DNA from: Candidatus Anaeroferrophillus wilburensis
GTDB taxonomy: Bacteria; Desulfobacterota; Anaeroferrophillalia; Anaeroferrophillales; Anaeroferrophillaceae
Length of the DNA: 64,000 nt
NCBI GenBank assembly: GCA_016934315.1
Contig: JAFGSY010000039.1
Location: 24,454-88,453 of the forward strand
Reading direction: 5' to 3'
In this document: positions 1-10,390 of the stretch, in pieces
How the letters are laid out: each line of letters opens with the position of its first letter
Position numbering within the stretch: position 1 is the stretch's first letter
The notes under the pieces: model-generated
Database searches by the model: none
Seen by the model: only the letters and a program-made list of their open reading frames with translations
Told to the model about the DNA's origin: nothing
Made by a program: the position numbers and the translations under genes

Positions 1-267
1 CACCAGCGACTGTTCAATAATGCGGTCTCCCTGATCCGTCCCCTGGCATATCTTGATGAAACGGACGTGATCGCCTATTGTGTCCACCATAACCTGCCGG
101 CCAATCAGCCGCCCTGCCCACTGTCGGGAGACAATCAGAAAAGAATGCTGGTCAGAGACCTGCTGAAACGACTCCAGGCTGACAATCCCAGGGTGAAGGA
201 CAGTATTTTTCATGCCCTGGGGAATGTCCGTCGAGACTATCTGCTTGATGTTGGCCGCCACCGGTAG
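1..267 (+). CDS. ttcA: C-terminal part of a PP-loop ATPase of the TtcA (tRNA 2-thiocytidine synthase) family. The 5' end lies outside the window.
   Basis: Frame 1 is open from base 1. The translation HQRLFNNAVSLIRPLAYLDETDVIAYCVHHNLP...CPLSGDNQKRMLVRDLLKRLQADNPRVKDSIFHALGNV matches the conserved TtcA C-terminus from memory. Stop at 265-267. Confidence 0.6.
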   Translation, partial: HQRLFNNAVSLIRPLAYLDETDVIAYCVHHNLPANQPPCPLSGDNQKRMLVRDLLKRLQADNPRVKDSIFHALGNVRRDYLLDVGRHR

Positions 268-371
268 CCGGCCACGCAGTTTTTGAGCCAACTGCAAATC
301 GATACTTTCCCTCACCGCTAGGCGTCTTTGTCCCGGATACGTGATACTGTTATGCCGCTGCCATAATCTCT

Positions 372-2177
372 TTGCCATTTGTTGTTTTGTTGGCATATTT
401 TATGCTTAGATTGCTGGTAACTGCATCATCATTTTGCTTGTTGAGGACCGGCGTGAAACAGCTCCAGAAACATGATATCGCCTTAACGATTCCCAGTCCG
501 CCGCAGATTGTTACCAAACTGCTGACAATGATTGCCGAGGATTGCTGTTCATCGGCAGAACTGGGGGAGCTGATCCTCAATGATCCGTCGCTGACGGCCC
601 GAATTCTTAAGGTGGCAAATTCCCCTTTTTACCAATTCAGTAACAAAATTGAAACGGTCAGCCATGCCATTTCCCTCCTTGGCCAGGAGACCATCCGGAT
701 GATCTGTGTCAGCGAATCGTTCCTGGCTATTTTTCCGATGCATAAAAGACGGTTGCCGCATCTGTTCCAGCAGCATAATGACCACTCCCTGTTGACCGGC
801 ATTTTTCTCAAAGCCATCGTCACCCAGCTTGCATTAGCCATTGATCCTGAAAAGGCTTTTATTGCCGGGTTGCTGCACGATATCGGCAAACCTATTTTGT
901 GGTTTAATTTTCCCGATAAGGTTGCTGCCTATGAGCAGGCCTGCAAAACAGGACTTCGTGGGGAGGAAGCGGAACGGATGGTTTTTGGTTTCGACCATGT
1001 GATGGTGGCCGGCTGGTTGGCTGACGAATGGTTCCTTGATGATGAGCTGCTCAATGCGATGGTCAACCATCACCAGCAAGATGACTCTGATATGCAGCAG
1101 CCTGATCTGACGGCGCTGCTCTCAATTGCCAACCTGCTGGCAAAAAGCGTCAGTCTGGCAGATGATGAGATTACTGTCCTGTCCCATGCCAGGACATTTT
1201 TACATGCTGCCCTGCCGCAGTTGTGTCTGGAGGTCCTGCTGGCTGATGTCAATCGGGCGGTGAAGCCTTTTCACGGGAATCTGTTTCAGGGCTTGGGATT
1301 CAGGGATGGGCTGGTGGAGGTTGCCGCTGCTGCTGAAAACGAAGCTGCCGTAACAGATGATTCGGTGATCTCTCTGGGTGATACGTACCAGGAGATGGTG
1401 AAGAAGGCGCTGACCGTCTTTAATACCTATAACTATTTTCTGGGAAATTTTCAGCTGGGCGAGGCTTTTTACCGGATGCTGGAAAACATCCAGCTGTCGT
1501 TGGGCATGTCACAGATATTCATCCTGCTCTACAACCGGAAAGGCCGGCAGCTGGTGGTAAAGGGGGCCCCGGCAGCCTATCGTCAGTTGGTTGGTTGTGC
1601 CATGGCAATTACTGAACAGGAATATGCTGTTTTTGCTGGCAGAGAGCAGCAGGAAGTCTGGTTTACCAGCGGGCAGCAGTCAGCGATGCCGGAACTTGCC
1701 ACGAAGTTTTTACATCTGTTTCAGGCTGAGCTGAATGACCCGCAAGGAGTTTTTGTTCCGGTCCAGAGTTCCGCATCGCTGGTCGGTGGGTTTGTTGCTT
1801 TATGCCGGCCGGAGCAGCAGCAGGCCGCAATGATTATTGAATTCCTCCGTGGCTATGCCGTACAGCTGGCGTTGGCCATCAAAATTCACCGTCTGAATAA
1901 GAAAATGATGGCTGCCGAGCGCGACAAAACTGTTACGGAAATGGCCGGTTCGTTGGCGCACACCATCAACCAGCCGCTGCAGACCCTGGCCAGCTATATC
2001 TATCTGCTGGAAAAGGAGATGAAAATCGGTTCCTCCGGTAGTGCCCATCGCAATGCCTACTGCGACAAAATGAAAAAGGCGCTGGAGGAGATCAATAGCG
2101 GCATCAAACGTTTTCAAGCGGCCCGGGAATATGAAGCGGCAGACTATTACGGCCGGGAAAAAATTCTCAGTATTTAG
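372..2177 (+). CDS. HDOD-domain signalling protein with a central GAF-like region and a C-terminal HisKA-like dimerisation/phosphoacceptor segment. No HATPase_c domain.
   Basis: 601-aa ORF. HDOD signature (SPPQIVTKLLTMIAED...LILNDPSLTARILKVANSPFYQF...AISLLGQETI...GLLHDIGK). C-terminus has an H-box-like motif (EMAGSLAHTINQPLQTLASYIYLL), then the protein ends. Start codon uncertain (372 or 402). Confidence 0.7.
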   Translation: MPFVVLLAYFMLRLLVTASSFCLLRTGVKQLQKHDIALTIPSPPQIVTKLLTMIAEDCCSSAELGELILNDPSLTARILKVANSPFYQFSNKIETVSHAISLLGQETIRMICVSESFLAIFPMHKRRLPHLFQQHNDHSLLTGIFLKAIVTQLALAIDPEKAFIAGLLHDIGKPILWFNFPDKVAAYEQACKTGLRGEEAERMVFGFDHVMVAGWLADEWFLDDELLNAMVNHHQQDDSDMQQPDLTALLSIANLLAKSVSLADDEITVLSHARTFLHAALPQLCLEVLLADVNRAVKPFHGNLFQGLGFRDGLVEVAAAAENEAAVTDDSVISLGDTYQEMVKKALTVFNTYNYFLGNFQLGEAFYRMLENIQLSLGMSQIFILLYNRKGRQLVVKGAPAAYRQLVGCAMAITEQEYAVFAGREQQEVWFTSGQQSAMPELATKFLHLFQAELNDPQGVFVPVQSSASLVGGFVALCRPEQQQAAMIIEFLRGYAVQLALAIKIHRLNKKMMAAERDKTVTEMAGSLAHTINQPLQTLASYIYLLEKEMKIGSSGSAHRNAYCDKMKKALEEINSGIKRFQAAREYEAADYYGREKILSI

Positions 2178-2282
2178 TGCCCTGAAAACCGCTGTTTTCC
2201 AATCCTTCTCTGCAGTTTTGAGTAATTCACCTTGCGAGATGCCGGCCGCCAGACTATGTGTGGGCAGCATCCCGTCCCACGC

Positions 2283-2660
2283 TTAGTGCCATACTTTCCC
2301 CAATCCCAGACCTAATCCGGCCGCCCCCAGGCAGATAATCACATTCAGCAGAATATTAATCAGGGCTTTCTGCCAGTTGCCATGTTCAATAAAGTGCAGA
2401 GTGTCAACACTGAATGTTGAAAAGGTGGTGAAGGCCCCCAGGAAGCCTATGGTTATGGAGCTTTTCAGCTGGGGGGGAAGTTCGGGGAGGGCAGTGAAGC
2501 CTTGCAGCAGGAGGGCGAGCAGAAATGAGCCGGCAACGTTAACGGCCAGGGTGCCGTAAGGCATGGCGGTGCCAACCTGGTTGTGGACCCAGCCGGTGAT
2601 CAGAAAACGACCAATAGCACCAAAAAAACCACCGAGACCGATAAAAAGCAAATGAACCAT
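2283..2660 (-). CDS. crcB: Fluoride ion channel CrcB/FluC.
   Basis: Small 4-TM membrane protein (MVHLLFIGLGGFFGAIGRFL...GTLAVNVAGSFLLAL...GFLGAFTTFSTFS) typical of CrcB. Start moved to the ATG at 2660, which has a GAGGAA SD 4 nt upstream. The ORF track begins at 2684. Confidence 0.85.
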   Translation of the reverse strand: MVHLLFIGLGGFFGAIGRFLITGWVHNQVGTAMPYGTLAVNVAGSFLLALLLQGFTALPELPPQLKSSITIGFLGAFTTFSTFSVDTLHFIEHGNWQKALINILLNVIICLGAAGLGLGLGKVWH

Positions 2661-2963
2661 GGTTCCTCTGATTTCAAGGGGCATTCAGCCGCCGCCGTAA
2701 ACTGCACCTGTTCTCGCTGATACTCATCTCTTCATGAGCTGTTTATGGCTTTACTGCAGCCCTTTCCTGCCTGTCAAGTACTATTCAGGTATTATTCATG
2801 ATATATCTGTGATATCTCCTTGACCAGCAAGTCCATTTGTGTCAAAATTTCGCTGATTTACCCGTAATTTTCAGGCGTGCTCATCAACGGGATCATGTCG
2901 GTGTGCTTTCAGGAGGAAAACCGTAATGCGGCCGGCGATTGAGGGGGAAGTGTAGGAGGGGTC

Positions 2964-3971
2964 ATGTTAATTGTGATGGATAAAGAAGCTTCGCAGGAGG
3001 CCATCGACCGAACAGTAAAGGCGGTGGAATCAATGGGCTTTCACGGTCGGGTTATTCCCGGTGCCGGCCGGGTTGCCATTGGCGTGGTTGGCAATCAGGG
3101 GTATGTTGAAGATACGGCTATCTCCCGGCTTCCAGGAGTTTCCCATGTTATTCATGTGACTAAACCGTATAAGCTGGTCAGCCGTGATTTTCACCCTCAG
3201 GATACCATTGTCACGGTGGATGACTTACAGGTCGGCGAAGGCTATGACCCGGTTATCATTGCCGGACCCTGCTCGGTGGAGTCGGAAGAGCAGATGTTTG
3301 CCACTGCCGAGCAGGTGAAAAGATCCGGGGCGCATATGCTTCGTGGGGGAGCATTTAAACCTCGTACTGGGCCGCATAATTTTCAAGGTTTAGGTGAAGC
3401 TGGCCTGCGGTTGTTGAGTGAGGCCGGCAAGAGCAATGGTTTGCCGGTGGTGACCGAAGTCATGCGTATCGGCCAATTGGAGTTAGTAGCCCGTTACGCT
3501 GATGTGTTGCAGATCGGTGCCCGCAATATGCAGAATTTTGATTTGCTGAAAGAGGTTGGTAAAATCGACAAGCCGGTTCTCCTCAAACGAGGCATGTGTG
3601 CCACTCTTGATGAGTTTTTGGCCGCGGCGGAATATATTCTGGTGGGCGGCAATCCCCGAGTCATCCTGTGTGAGCGTGGCATCAGAACCTTTGAAACGGC
3701 GACCAGAAATACCATGGATCTGGCGATTGTGCCGCTGGTTAAGGAAAAATCCCACCTGCCAATTATTGTCGATCCTTCCCACGCGACGGGAAAGAGTTCC
3801 CTGGTTGCGCCGATGACTGTCGCCGGTCTTGTTGTCGGGGCTCACGGGGTGATGGTTGAGGTCCATCCACAGCCGGAATGTGCCCTTTCTGACGGTTTGC
3901 AGTCCCTCGATTTTGTCACTTTTGACCGGCTCATGCAGCGGGTGAAGCATTGTTTGCCTAAAGTTGAGTAG
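2964..3971 (+). CDS. aroF: 3-deoxy-7-phosphoheptulonate (DAHP) synthase, type I-beta, with an N-terminal regulatory domain.
   Basis: 335 aa. Core motifs (IIAGPCSVESEEQ, KPRTGPHNFQGLGEAGLRLL, VDPSHATGK) of the Thermotoga-type AroG/AroF/KDO8PS family, plus an N-terminal ferredoxin-like extension. Confidence 0.85.
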   Translation: MLIVMDKEASQEAIDRTVKAVESMGFHGRVIPGAGRVAIGVVGNQGYVEDTAISRLPGVSHVIHVTKPYKLVSRDFHPQDTIVTVDDLQVGEGYDPVIIAGPCSVESEEQMFATAEQVKRSGAHMLRGGAFKPRTGPHNFQGLGEAGLRLLSEAGKSNGLPVVTEVMRIGQLELVARYADVLQIGARNMQNFDLLKEVGKIDKPVLLKRGMCATLDEFLAAAEYILVGGNPRVILCERGIRTFETATRNTMDLAIVPLVKEKSHLPIIVDPSHATGKSSLVAPMTVAGLVVGAHGVMVEVHPQPECALSDGLQSLDFVTFDRLMQRVKHCLPKVE

Positions 3972-3980
3972 CTGTCTGTA

Positions 3981-5849
3981 ATGATAAAAAAAATATCTAT
4001 TTTGCTTTCATTCCTGCTGTTTTTTTATGTTGCTATGGCGGTACCGGCTGCCCGTGCCGATCGTTCAGAGGAGGAGATAGCCAAGGTAGCCATCGGGGCA
4101 TATCAAGACGGTTTCTATGATGTAGCCCGGGAAGAATTGGAAGATTTCCTCATTGCCTACCCCAACTCCTACCATGTTGCACAAATAAAACTGATTCTAT
4201 TAATGACCTATCTGCAGCTTGGTGAATGTCGGGAAGCATCAGTCATCTGGCCGGAGCTGGCAAAAGAAGGCCGCCTTGAAGCGCTTGGCTTTTCCCCACC
4301 CCAACTGTTGTTTCAGTTGGGGCTTTGCTTTTTTCAAGAACTTGACTTTCCGCATGCGGACCTTTTTTTTCAGGAAATTATCCAGTCATATCCAACCAGC
4401 GGGCTGGCTTCCCAGGCCCATTTTCTGCTGGCCAAGATGGCTTTTCACCAAGGAAAGTTCGCTGTTGCTGTCGACCATGCATTGCCTTTCGTGACCGGCG
4501 ATGACGGCCGCTTTTCACCGCCACAGCAGAAGGAACTGCTATCGATTGCCAGTCTGTCCTGTTATCGGATCGGCAAGTTTGCCGAGGCGTTGCCGTTGCT
4601 GCGTTCTTATTGCGATCGTTATGCTGATGGGATGGATCCACCTGCAAAACAGTATTACTTCAAGGTTCTGGTGGATGCATCCCTGAAGGGGAACCAGGTG
4701 TCCATTGCCAACCAGGTGATGGATCAGTGGCTGGCAGAATTTCCTCAGGTGAAGCAGGACGCCGATCTCCTCTTTGCTGTCGGTCAGGAGAATTATCGCC
4801 ATCAACAGTATGATGCGGCCCGGAAATATCTTTTGTTGCTGGTTGCCCAGGAAGGCATCAAGCTTGAACAGCATCGGTTGGCCTACGGTTACCTGGTAAA
4901 TGGCAATCTGGCAACCGGCCGGCAGCAGGATATGGTTTCCCTCTTGATCAAACTTATTCCGTTGGAAGAGGGGCTGCCGGAACAGTCCCAGCATTTGAAG
5001 CTCCTGGCAACGCTTTCCTACAATAGCAAAAACTATGTTCAGTGTGTTACTTCACTGGATCAGCTGCTGGAGCATTTTCCAGCGACTGTTCATGATGATG
5101 ATATCCTGTTAACCTATCTCATGGCCCAATCGGTGCTGGGGAAATATCAGCAGGCGCTTGCAAATCTGCCGCCCGCAGATCGTCTTTTTGCAGACCTTGG
5201 CGGTGAAAAAAGGCAGGAGGCAGCATATCTCTATGCCTTGTGCCTGGAACAAGCCAGCCGGCAGGATGATGCTTTTCTTCTGTTGCGGAAGCTCTATGGT
5301 CAGATCTCCCAGCGAGAGGAAAAAATCAAAGTACTATACGTCCTCGATCGGCTGTCGCAAAAAATGGGTGATGCCGAACGGGCTGCGTGGGTAGCGAAAC
5401 AGGTGCTGCAGGAATTTTCTTTGGATCGGCGGACCGATGAACAGTTGCTCAAAGAGTATCCTCACCTGGTGTTCAGTGTTGCACGGTATTTTTACCGGCA
5501 GCAGGAATACGGCCAAGCGGTCCCCTCCTTGCTGTGGCTTAAAGGTTTGCCGGTGCAACCTTCCCAGGATTTTTTTCATCAAGCTCTTTTTCTCCTGGGG
5601 GAGTGCTATGGCCACCTTGATAAGCCCCTTGACGCTCTTCCCCTGTATGAAGAGCTTGCCGCTGCCGGAGGACATTACCAGGAACTGGCAGCCTTGCGGT
5701 TGACGGTTTTTTATGAACGTCTGGGATACCAGGACAAAAAAACGGCGGTCTATGAGCTGCTGCAACGGCTTACCCATGATGCGGCCCTGAAGCGGGAGCT
5801 GCAGAAAAAAGACCGCCGTAAACTGCAGGATGAAGGCGGACAGCAATGA
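3981..5849 (+). CDS. Secreted tetratricopeptide-repeat (TPR) protein.
   Basis: N-terminal signal peptide (MIKKISILLSFLLFFYVAMAVPAARA) followed by repeated TPR-like helical hairpins (YYF/AL/G periodicity) along 622 aa. Confidence 0.7.
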   Translation: MIKKISILLSFLLFFYVAMAVPAARADRSEEEIAKVAIGAYQDGFYDVAREELEDFLIAYPNSYHVAQIKLILLMTYLQLGECREASVIWPELAKEGRLEALGFSPPQLLFQLGLCFFQELDFPHADLFFQEIIQSYPTSGLASQAHFLLAKMAFHQGKFAVAVDHALPFVTGDDGRFSPPQQKELLSIASLSCYRIGKFAEALPLLRSYCDRYADGMDPPAKQYYFKVLVDASLKGNQVSIANQVMDQWLAEFPQVKQDADLLFAVGQENYRHQQYDAARKYLLLLVAQEGIKLEQHRLAYGYLVNGNLATGRQQDMVSLLIKLIPLEEGLPEQSQHLKLLATLSYNSKNYVQCVTSLDQLLEHFPATVHDDDILLTYLMAQSVLGKYQQALANLPPADRLFADLGGEKRQEAAYLYALCLEQASRQDDAFLLLRKLYGQISQREEKIKVLYVLDRLSQKMGDAERAAWVAKQVLQEFSLDRRTDEQLLKEYPHLVFSVARYFYRQQEYGQAVPSLLWLKGLPVQPSQDFFHQALFLLGECYGHLDKPLDALPLYEELAAAGGHYQELAALRLTVFYERLGYQDKKTAVYELLQRLTHDAALKRELQKKDRRKLQDEGGQQ

Positions 5850-6034
5850 AACTTTTTTTCACGGCATGCGGTCTGGCTCTGGTCATTGAAGGGATGCCCT
5901 ATTTTCTCTTTCCCTCCGGGATAAAGCGTCTATTGGCATCGCTGCAGGAAATGCCGGCCCAGTCGCTGAGATTGTTCGGCCTGACAGCAATGCTGATCGG
6001 CGTAGCCATCATGTACCTTGCCAAAATGAGCTAG
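5846..6034 (+). CDS. Small two-TM membrane protein (DUF2065-like).
   Basis: 62-aa ORF overlapping the upstream stop (ATGA), with two hydrophobic helices. Only weak similarity to the DUF2065/YjeT-like family. Confidence 0.45.
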   Translation: MKLFFTACGLALVIEGMPYFLFPSGIKRLLASLQEMPAQSLRLFGLTAMLIGVAIMYLAKMS

Positions 6035-6212
6035 ACTGACCTTTTTACAGCGTTATGGCTGTTGATATGTGGCCGCTACTGCCATGGACGCTGCCGGCAA
6101 TTTTAGCCGGTCTGTGGGTGGTCCCCATGGCGTGCGCAGTTTAGAACTTGACTTAGCCGGTTACTTATGGTTTAAAACCCCTCTAAAATCAATCATTTTG
6201 GTCTTTGAAAAT

Positions 6213-7250
6213 ATGGATGTTGACCTTTTTTCCTATGACCTGCCACCAGGGCATATCGCCCAGCATCCTCTGCCGTCCCGCGATCAGTCCCGGATGCTGG
6301 TTCTCGGTCGTCAGCAGGAGGATGTTCATGACAGCCGGTTTTGCCAACTTGCTTCATGGCTGGAGGCTGGAGATCTTTTGGTCTACAATGATACCAGGGT
6401 GCTGCCAGCTCGCTTGCTGGGCCGCAAAATGACCGGTGGGCAAGTGGAAGTCTTTCTGCTTGACTATCAGCATGGCAGCCCCACCGAGGAAGTCTGGCAA
6501 TGTCTGTACAAGTCCTCCAAATCAGTTCGTTTGGGGCAGGAGATTTGTTTTGGTGAGGAGATGCGCGGGCGTGTTGTGGCTCCTTCGACTGCCAACCCAG
6601 GGGCTATCACGCTGCTGACGGATCAGGACAGGACAGTTCGGAAGGTTATTAATGCCATCGGCAAGGTACCTTTGCCTCCCTATATCAAACGAGATCCCGG
6701 GGATGATGATCGACACCGCTATCAGACTATTTTTGCCGAGGTGGGCAAGCAGGGAGCCGTTGCTGCTCCCACGGCAGGACTTCATTTTACGCCGGAGCTG
6801 CTCGCCAGCCTGAAGGCGGCCGGAGTCCTGTTTGCCCCGCTGACGCTCCATGTGGGGCTGGGTACCTTTTCACCGGTGAAAGCTGCCGTGGTGGAAGATC
6901 ACCAGATTCACCGGGAGTTGTTCGAGATTTCCACCACTACTCTGGAGCGCATTGCCGAAACAAAAAGCAAGGGCAAACGGGTCATAGCCATCGGCACCAC
7001 GGTTACCAGGGCGCTTGAGTATCAAGCCAGAACCGGCCACCAGCAAGGCTGGTGTGATCTGTTCATCTATCCAGGCTATATCTTTCAGGTCATTGATGGT
7101 TTAATTACCAATTTTCACCTTCCCCGTTCTACTTTGCTGATGCTGGTAGCCGCCTATGCCGGCCGCCAGCGCATGCTAGCAGCATACCGTCACGCGGTCA
7201 GGGAGGGATACCGTTTTTACAGCTATGGCGACGGAATGCTGATACTCTGA
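6213..7250 (+). CDS. queA: S-adenosylmethionine:tRNA ribosyltransferase-isomerase.
   Basis: Translation from the ATG at 6213 begins [31 protein letters not shown], the conserved QueA N-terminus. The ORF-track start at 6069 adds a non-conserved extension. ~346 aa. Confidence 0.9.
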   Translation: MDVDLFSYDLPPGHIAQHPLPSRDQSRMLVLGRQQEDVHDSRFCQLASWLEAGDLLVYNDTRVLPARLLGRKMTGGQVEVFLLDYQHGSPTEEVWQCLYKSSKSVRLGQEICFGEEMRGRVVAPSTANPGAITLLTDQDRTVRKVINAIGKVPLPPYIKRDPGDDDRHRYQTIFAEVGKQGAVAAPTAGLHFTPELLASLKAAGVLFAPLTLHVGLGTFSPVKAAVVEDHQIHRELFEISTTTLERIAETKSKGKRVIAIGTTVTRALEYQARTGHQQGWCDLFIYPGYIFQVIDGLITNFHLPRSTLLMLVAAYAGRQRMLAAYRHAVREGYRFYSYGDGMLIL

Positions 7251-8380
7251 TGAATTGTTTTTCTCTGACTGCCAATGATCAGGGCAGTGCCGCCCGTTTG
7301 GGACGATTGCGCACGGAGCATGGGGTTATTGAAACGCCTTGTTTTATGCCGGTGGGAACCAGGGCGACCGTTAAAGGGATAACTCCTTTGCAGCTGAAGG
7401 AGGAGATCGGTGCCCAGATCATTCTTGCCAATACCTACCATCTGTTTTTGCGTCCCGGCCATCAGCTGATTGCCGATCTTGGTGGGCTGCATTCATTTAT
7501 GGGGTGGGACGGGCCAATCCTCACCGACAGCGGTGGTTTCCAGGTGTTCAGCCTTTCATCCCTGCGTACGCTTGAAGAGCAGGGGGTGACGTTCCGCTCC
7601 CCGGTGGATGGCAGTCGGCATCTCCTGACTCCTGAACGGGCAATTGAGGTGCAGGAGGCCCTGGGTGCCGACATTATTATGGCCTTTGATGAATGCACCC
7701 CCTATCCGGTGGATTTTAAACGGGCCAGGGAATCTCTCCAGCTGACCGCCCGCTGGGCCCGGCGCTCCAAGGCAGCTCGCCGGCGGTCTGACAATCTGCT
7801 TTTTGGCATTGTTCAGGGGAGTATGTTTGAAGAGCTGCGTCGTGAAAGTGCGGATCTGACCCTGGAGGTTGATTTTGACGGCTATGCTGTCGGGGGGCTC
7901 AGTGTTGGCGAGGAGAAAGCCCTGATGCTGGACATGATCCGGGTGACGTCTCCCATGCTGCCGCCTGATCGTCCCCGCTATCTTATGGGCGTGGGCAAGC
8001 CGGAAGACCTGGTACAGGCGGTGGCGGCCGGCATCGATATGTTCGACTGCGTCCTGCCCACCAGAAACGCCCGTAATGGCATGTACTTTACCTGGCAGGG
8101 GCCGCTAAGTATTAAACAAGCACGTTATAAGGCGGATGCGTTGCCCGTTGACGAGCAGTGTTCCTGTTATGTCTGCCGCAACTTTTCACGTGCTTATCTG
8201 CGTCATCTGTTCATGGCATCTGAAATTCTGTCATCAGTACTGGCAACGATCCATAATCTTTATTTTTATCATCAATTGATGGCAAAGATCAGAGATCATC
8301 TCCAGGCCGGAACATTTACCGCGTTCATGGACGGCGTCCTGCCACTGTTGCTGTCCGGGGCCGGCGAGCGAAAAGCATAA
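7250..8380 (+). CDS. tgt: Queuine tRNA-ribosyltransferase.
   Basis: Hallmark motifs ([20 protein letters not shown], zinc site CxCxxC...H: [17 protein letters not shown]). Start overlaps the queA stop (TGATG). Confidence 0.92.
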   Translation: MNCFSLTANDQGSAARLGRLRTEHGVIETPCFMPVGTRATVKGITPLQLKEEIGAQIILANTYHLFLRPGHQLIADLGGLHSFMGWDGPILTDSGGFQVFSLSSLRTLEEQGVTFRSPVDGSRHLLTPERAIEVQEALGADIIMAFDECTPYPVDFKRARESLQLTARWARRSKAARRRSDNLLFGIVQGSMFEELRRESADLTLEVDFDGYAVGGLSVGEEKALMLDMIRVTSPMLPPDRPRYLMGVGKPEDLVQAVAAGIDMFDCVLPTRNARNGMYFTWQGPLSIKQARYKADALPVDEQCSCYVCRNFSRAYLRHLFMASEILSSVLATIHNLYFYHQLMAKIRDHLQAGTFTAFMDGVLPLLLSGAGERKA

Positions 8381-8431
8381 CGCAATCAAGCATTAGTGAT
8401 TATTTATTAACATTAAGTAAGGAGAGATCGT

Positions 8432-8764
8432 ATGTTAGGAGTAGCATTTGCCATGGCACAGAATCCTGCCGGGGGTGGACCGGCCGGTGGTCTTGAAGGA
8501 TTAAAGGCTTTTTTCCCCCTTATCCTCATGTTCGCGATTTTTTATTTTCTGCTCATCCGACCGCAGCAGAAAAAGCAGAAGGAACATAAAAACATGCTGG
8601 CCAATCTCAAACGGGGAGATGAGATTGTGACTGCCGGTGGCTTAATGGGCAAGGTTACCGCCATCAGCGATCGGGTGGTTACGATAGAAGTGGCGGATAA
8701 AATCCGAGTGCGGATTCTCCGCAGTCAGGTAATGACCATTGTTCAGGGTGATCTGTCATCATAA
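8432..8764 (+). CDS. yajC: Preprotein translocase subunit YajC.
   Basis: 110 aa with a single TM, then the motif LKRGDEIVTAGGLMGKV. Canonical tgt-yajC-secD-secF synteny. Confidence 0.9.
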   Translation: MLGVAFAMAQNPAGGGPAGGLEGLKAFFPLILMFAIFYFLLIRPQQKKQKEHKNMLANLKRGDEIVTAGGLMGKVTAISDRVVTIEVADKIRVRILRSQVMTIVQGDLSS

Positions 8765-8797
8765 CCGTTACGCGTTTGCTGCAGGAGTTATCCGATT

Positions 8798-10390
8798 ATG
8801 ATTAAAAGTGTTAAGCTTCGCCTGCTGATTATCCTGGCCACCATTATCCTGGCAGGGGTTTACCTGATGCCGTCGGTGGTGTCCGACCTGCCTGACTGGT
8901 GGGGGAAGGTGCTGCCAACTGATAAGATCCATTTGGGTTTGGACCTTCAGGGTGGCATTCATCTGCTGATGGAGGTTGATGTTGAAAAAGCCCTCTCTGC
9001 TTCAACCGACCGGGTAGCCGGAGAAATGCAGCGCCTGCTGCGTGATAAAAAGATTGATTTTGAGCAGGTGAAGCAAGTTGATGCCGGAACGTTGTCCATT
9101 GTTCTTACCCATGCTGGGGATAGTTCGGTGATAAAAGATCTGCTGGGGAATGAAATGCCTCAATGGCAGATGATGTCTGCGGAGGAGCAGGTGGTCAGTT
9201 ATCGGGTTTCCAGTGATGAGCGCCGGCGGATTGAAAAGCTTGCCATTGACCAGGCCGTGGAAACCATGCGCAACCGCATCGATCAGTTCGGCGTTTCCGA
9301 GCCGGAAATCAGACCCCAGGCAGACAACCGGATTTTGGTGCAGTTGCCCGGCATCAAGGATACCAGGCGGGCCATTGATCTGATCGGTAAAACGGCACTG
9401 CTTGAGTTCAAGCTGGTGAGTGAATCGTTTGATCCCCGGAACCTGGAATCAGGTACTCTGCCTGATCACCTTGAGGTCTTGTACCAGCAGGAATATGATC
9501 CGGTGACCAAGAAAGTGGTCCGTCAGGTTCCTTTTGTGCTGGAGAAGGAGTCCCTGATGACCGGCGAATATATTGCCGATGCCAAGGTTCGCTTCAACTC
9601 CCAGTTCGGCGAACCCTATGTGGCGATGGACTTTAACTCCCAGGGGGCGAAGCTGTTTGATCGGATTACGGCTGAGAACGTTAAACGGCGGCTGGCGATT
9701 ATCCTCGATAATCATGTTTATTCTGCCCCGGTCATCCAGGAGCGGATTGCCGGTGGCAAGGCTCAGATCAGCGGCCGTTTTTCCGCCAAGGAAGCACGCG
9801 ACCTGGCCATCGTGCTGCGGGCCGGGGCCTTGCCGGCACCCATCAGAATTCTTGAAAAAAGAGCGGTGGGTCCCTCTTTGGGCCATGATTCGATCCGTAA
9901 GGGCCTGATATCCATGGTTGTTGGTGGTCTCCTGGTAGTTCTGTTCATGTTTGCCTTTTACCGTCTCAGCGGTTTGGTTGCCAACCTCGCGCTGGTACTC
10001 AATATGCTCTTCATTCTGAGCATTTTAGCATTGGCCAAGGCCACCCTGACCCTGCCGGGTATCGCCGGCATTGTTCTGACCATCGGTATGGCCGTTGATG
10101 CCAATGTCCTGATTTTTGAACGGATCAAGGAGGAACTGCGGCTGGGCAAGACCCCCCGGGCTGCCCTTGACAGCGGCTACGGCAAGGCATTTTTGACCAT
10201 TATGGATGCCAATATAACGACCTTGATTGCCGCCATTGTCCTCTATCAGTATGGTACCGGCCCCATCAAGGGGTTTGCCGTTACCTTGTCCGTCGGGATT
10301 ATTTCCAGCTTGTTTACCGCCATTTTTGTTACCCGGCTGGTGTATGATTTTATTCAGGAGCGGAAAGCCCTGAAACGGTTAAGTATTTAA
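8798..10390 (+). CDS. secD: Protein translocase subunit SecD.
   Basis: 530 aa with a large periplasmic domain and C-terminal 6-TM bundle. Motifs LGLDLQGG and TLPGIAGIVLTIGMAVDANVLIFERIKEE. Confidence 0.92.
   Translation: MIKSVKLRLLIILATIILAGVYLMPSVVSDLPDWWGKVLPTDKIHLGLDLQGGIHLLMEVDVEKALSASTDRVAGEMQRLLRDKKIDFEQVKQVDAGTLSIVLTHAGDSSVIKDLLGNEMPQWQMMSAEEQVVSYRVSSDERRRIEKLAIDQAVETMRNRIDQFGVSEPEIRPQADNRILVQLPGIKDTRRAIDLIGKTALLEFKLVSESFDPRNLESGTLPDHLEVLYQQEYDPVTKKVVRQVPFVLEKESLMTGEYIADAKVRFNSQFGEPYVAMDFNSQGAKLFDRITAENVKRRLAIILDNHVYSAPVIQERIAGGKAQISGRFSAKEARDLAIVLRAGALPAPIRILEKRAVGPSLGHDSIRKGLISMVVGGLLVVLFMFAFYRLSGLVANLALVLNMLFILSILALAKATLTLPGIAGIVLTIGMAVDANVLIFERIKEELRLGKTPRAALDSGYGKAFLTIMDANITTLIAAIVLYQYGTGPIKGFAVTLSVGIISSLFTAIFVTRLVYDFIQERKALKRLSI

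Noticed and set aside
2661-2760. Possible fluoride (crcB) riboswitch on the minus strand just upstream of crcB.
   Set aside because: Only a loose match to the 3' half of the RF01734 consensus and no GGCGAUGG/AACCGCC core. Reported as absent or diverged, pending a cmsearch.
6150-6212. A-rich, CCCCUCU-containing stretch upstream of queA that superficially resembles a preQ1-I riboswitch tail.
   Set aside because: No P1 stem partner (AGAGG-like 5' strand) and no conserved loop nucleotides. queA is not a typical preQ1-riboswitch target.
6069-6212. 48-codon N-terminal extension of queA given in the ORF track.
   Set aside because: QueA homologs begin at [11 protein letters not shown]. The extension has no conservation and no SD.
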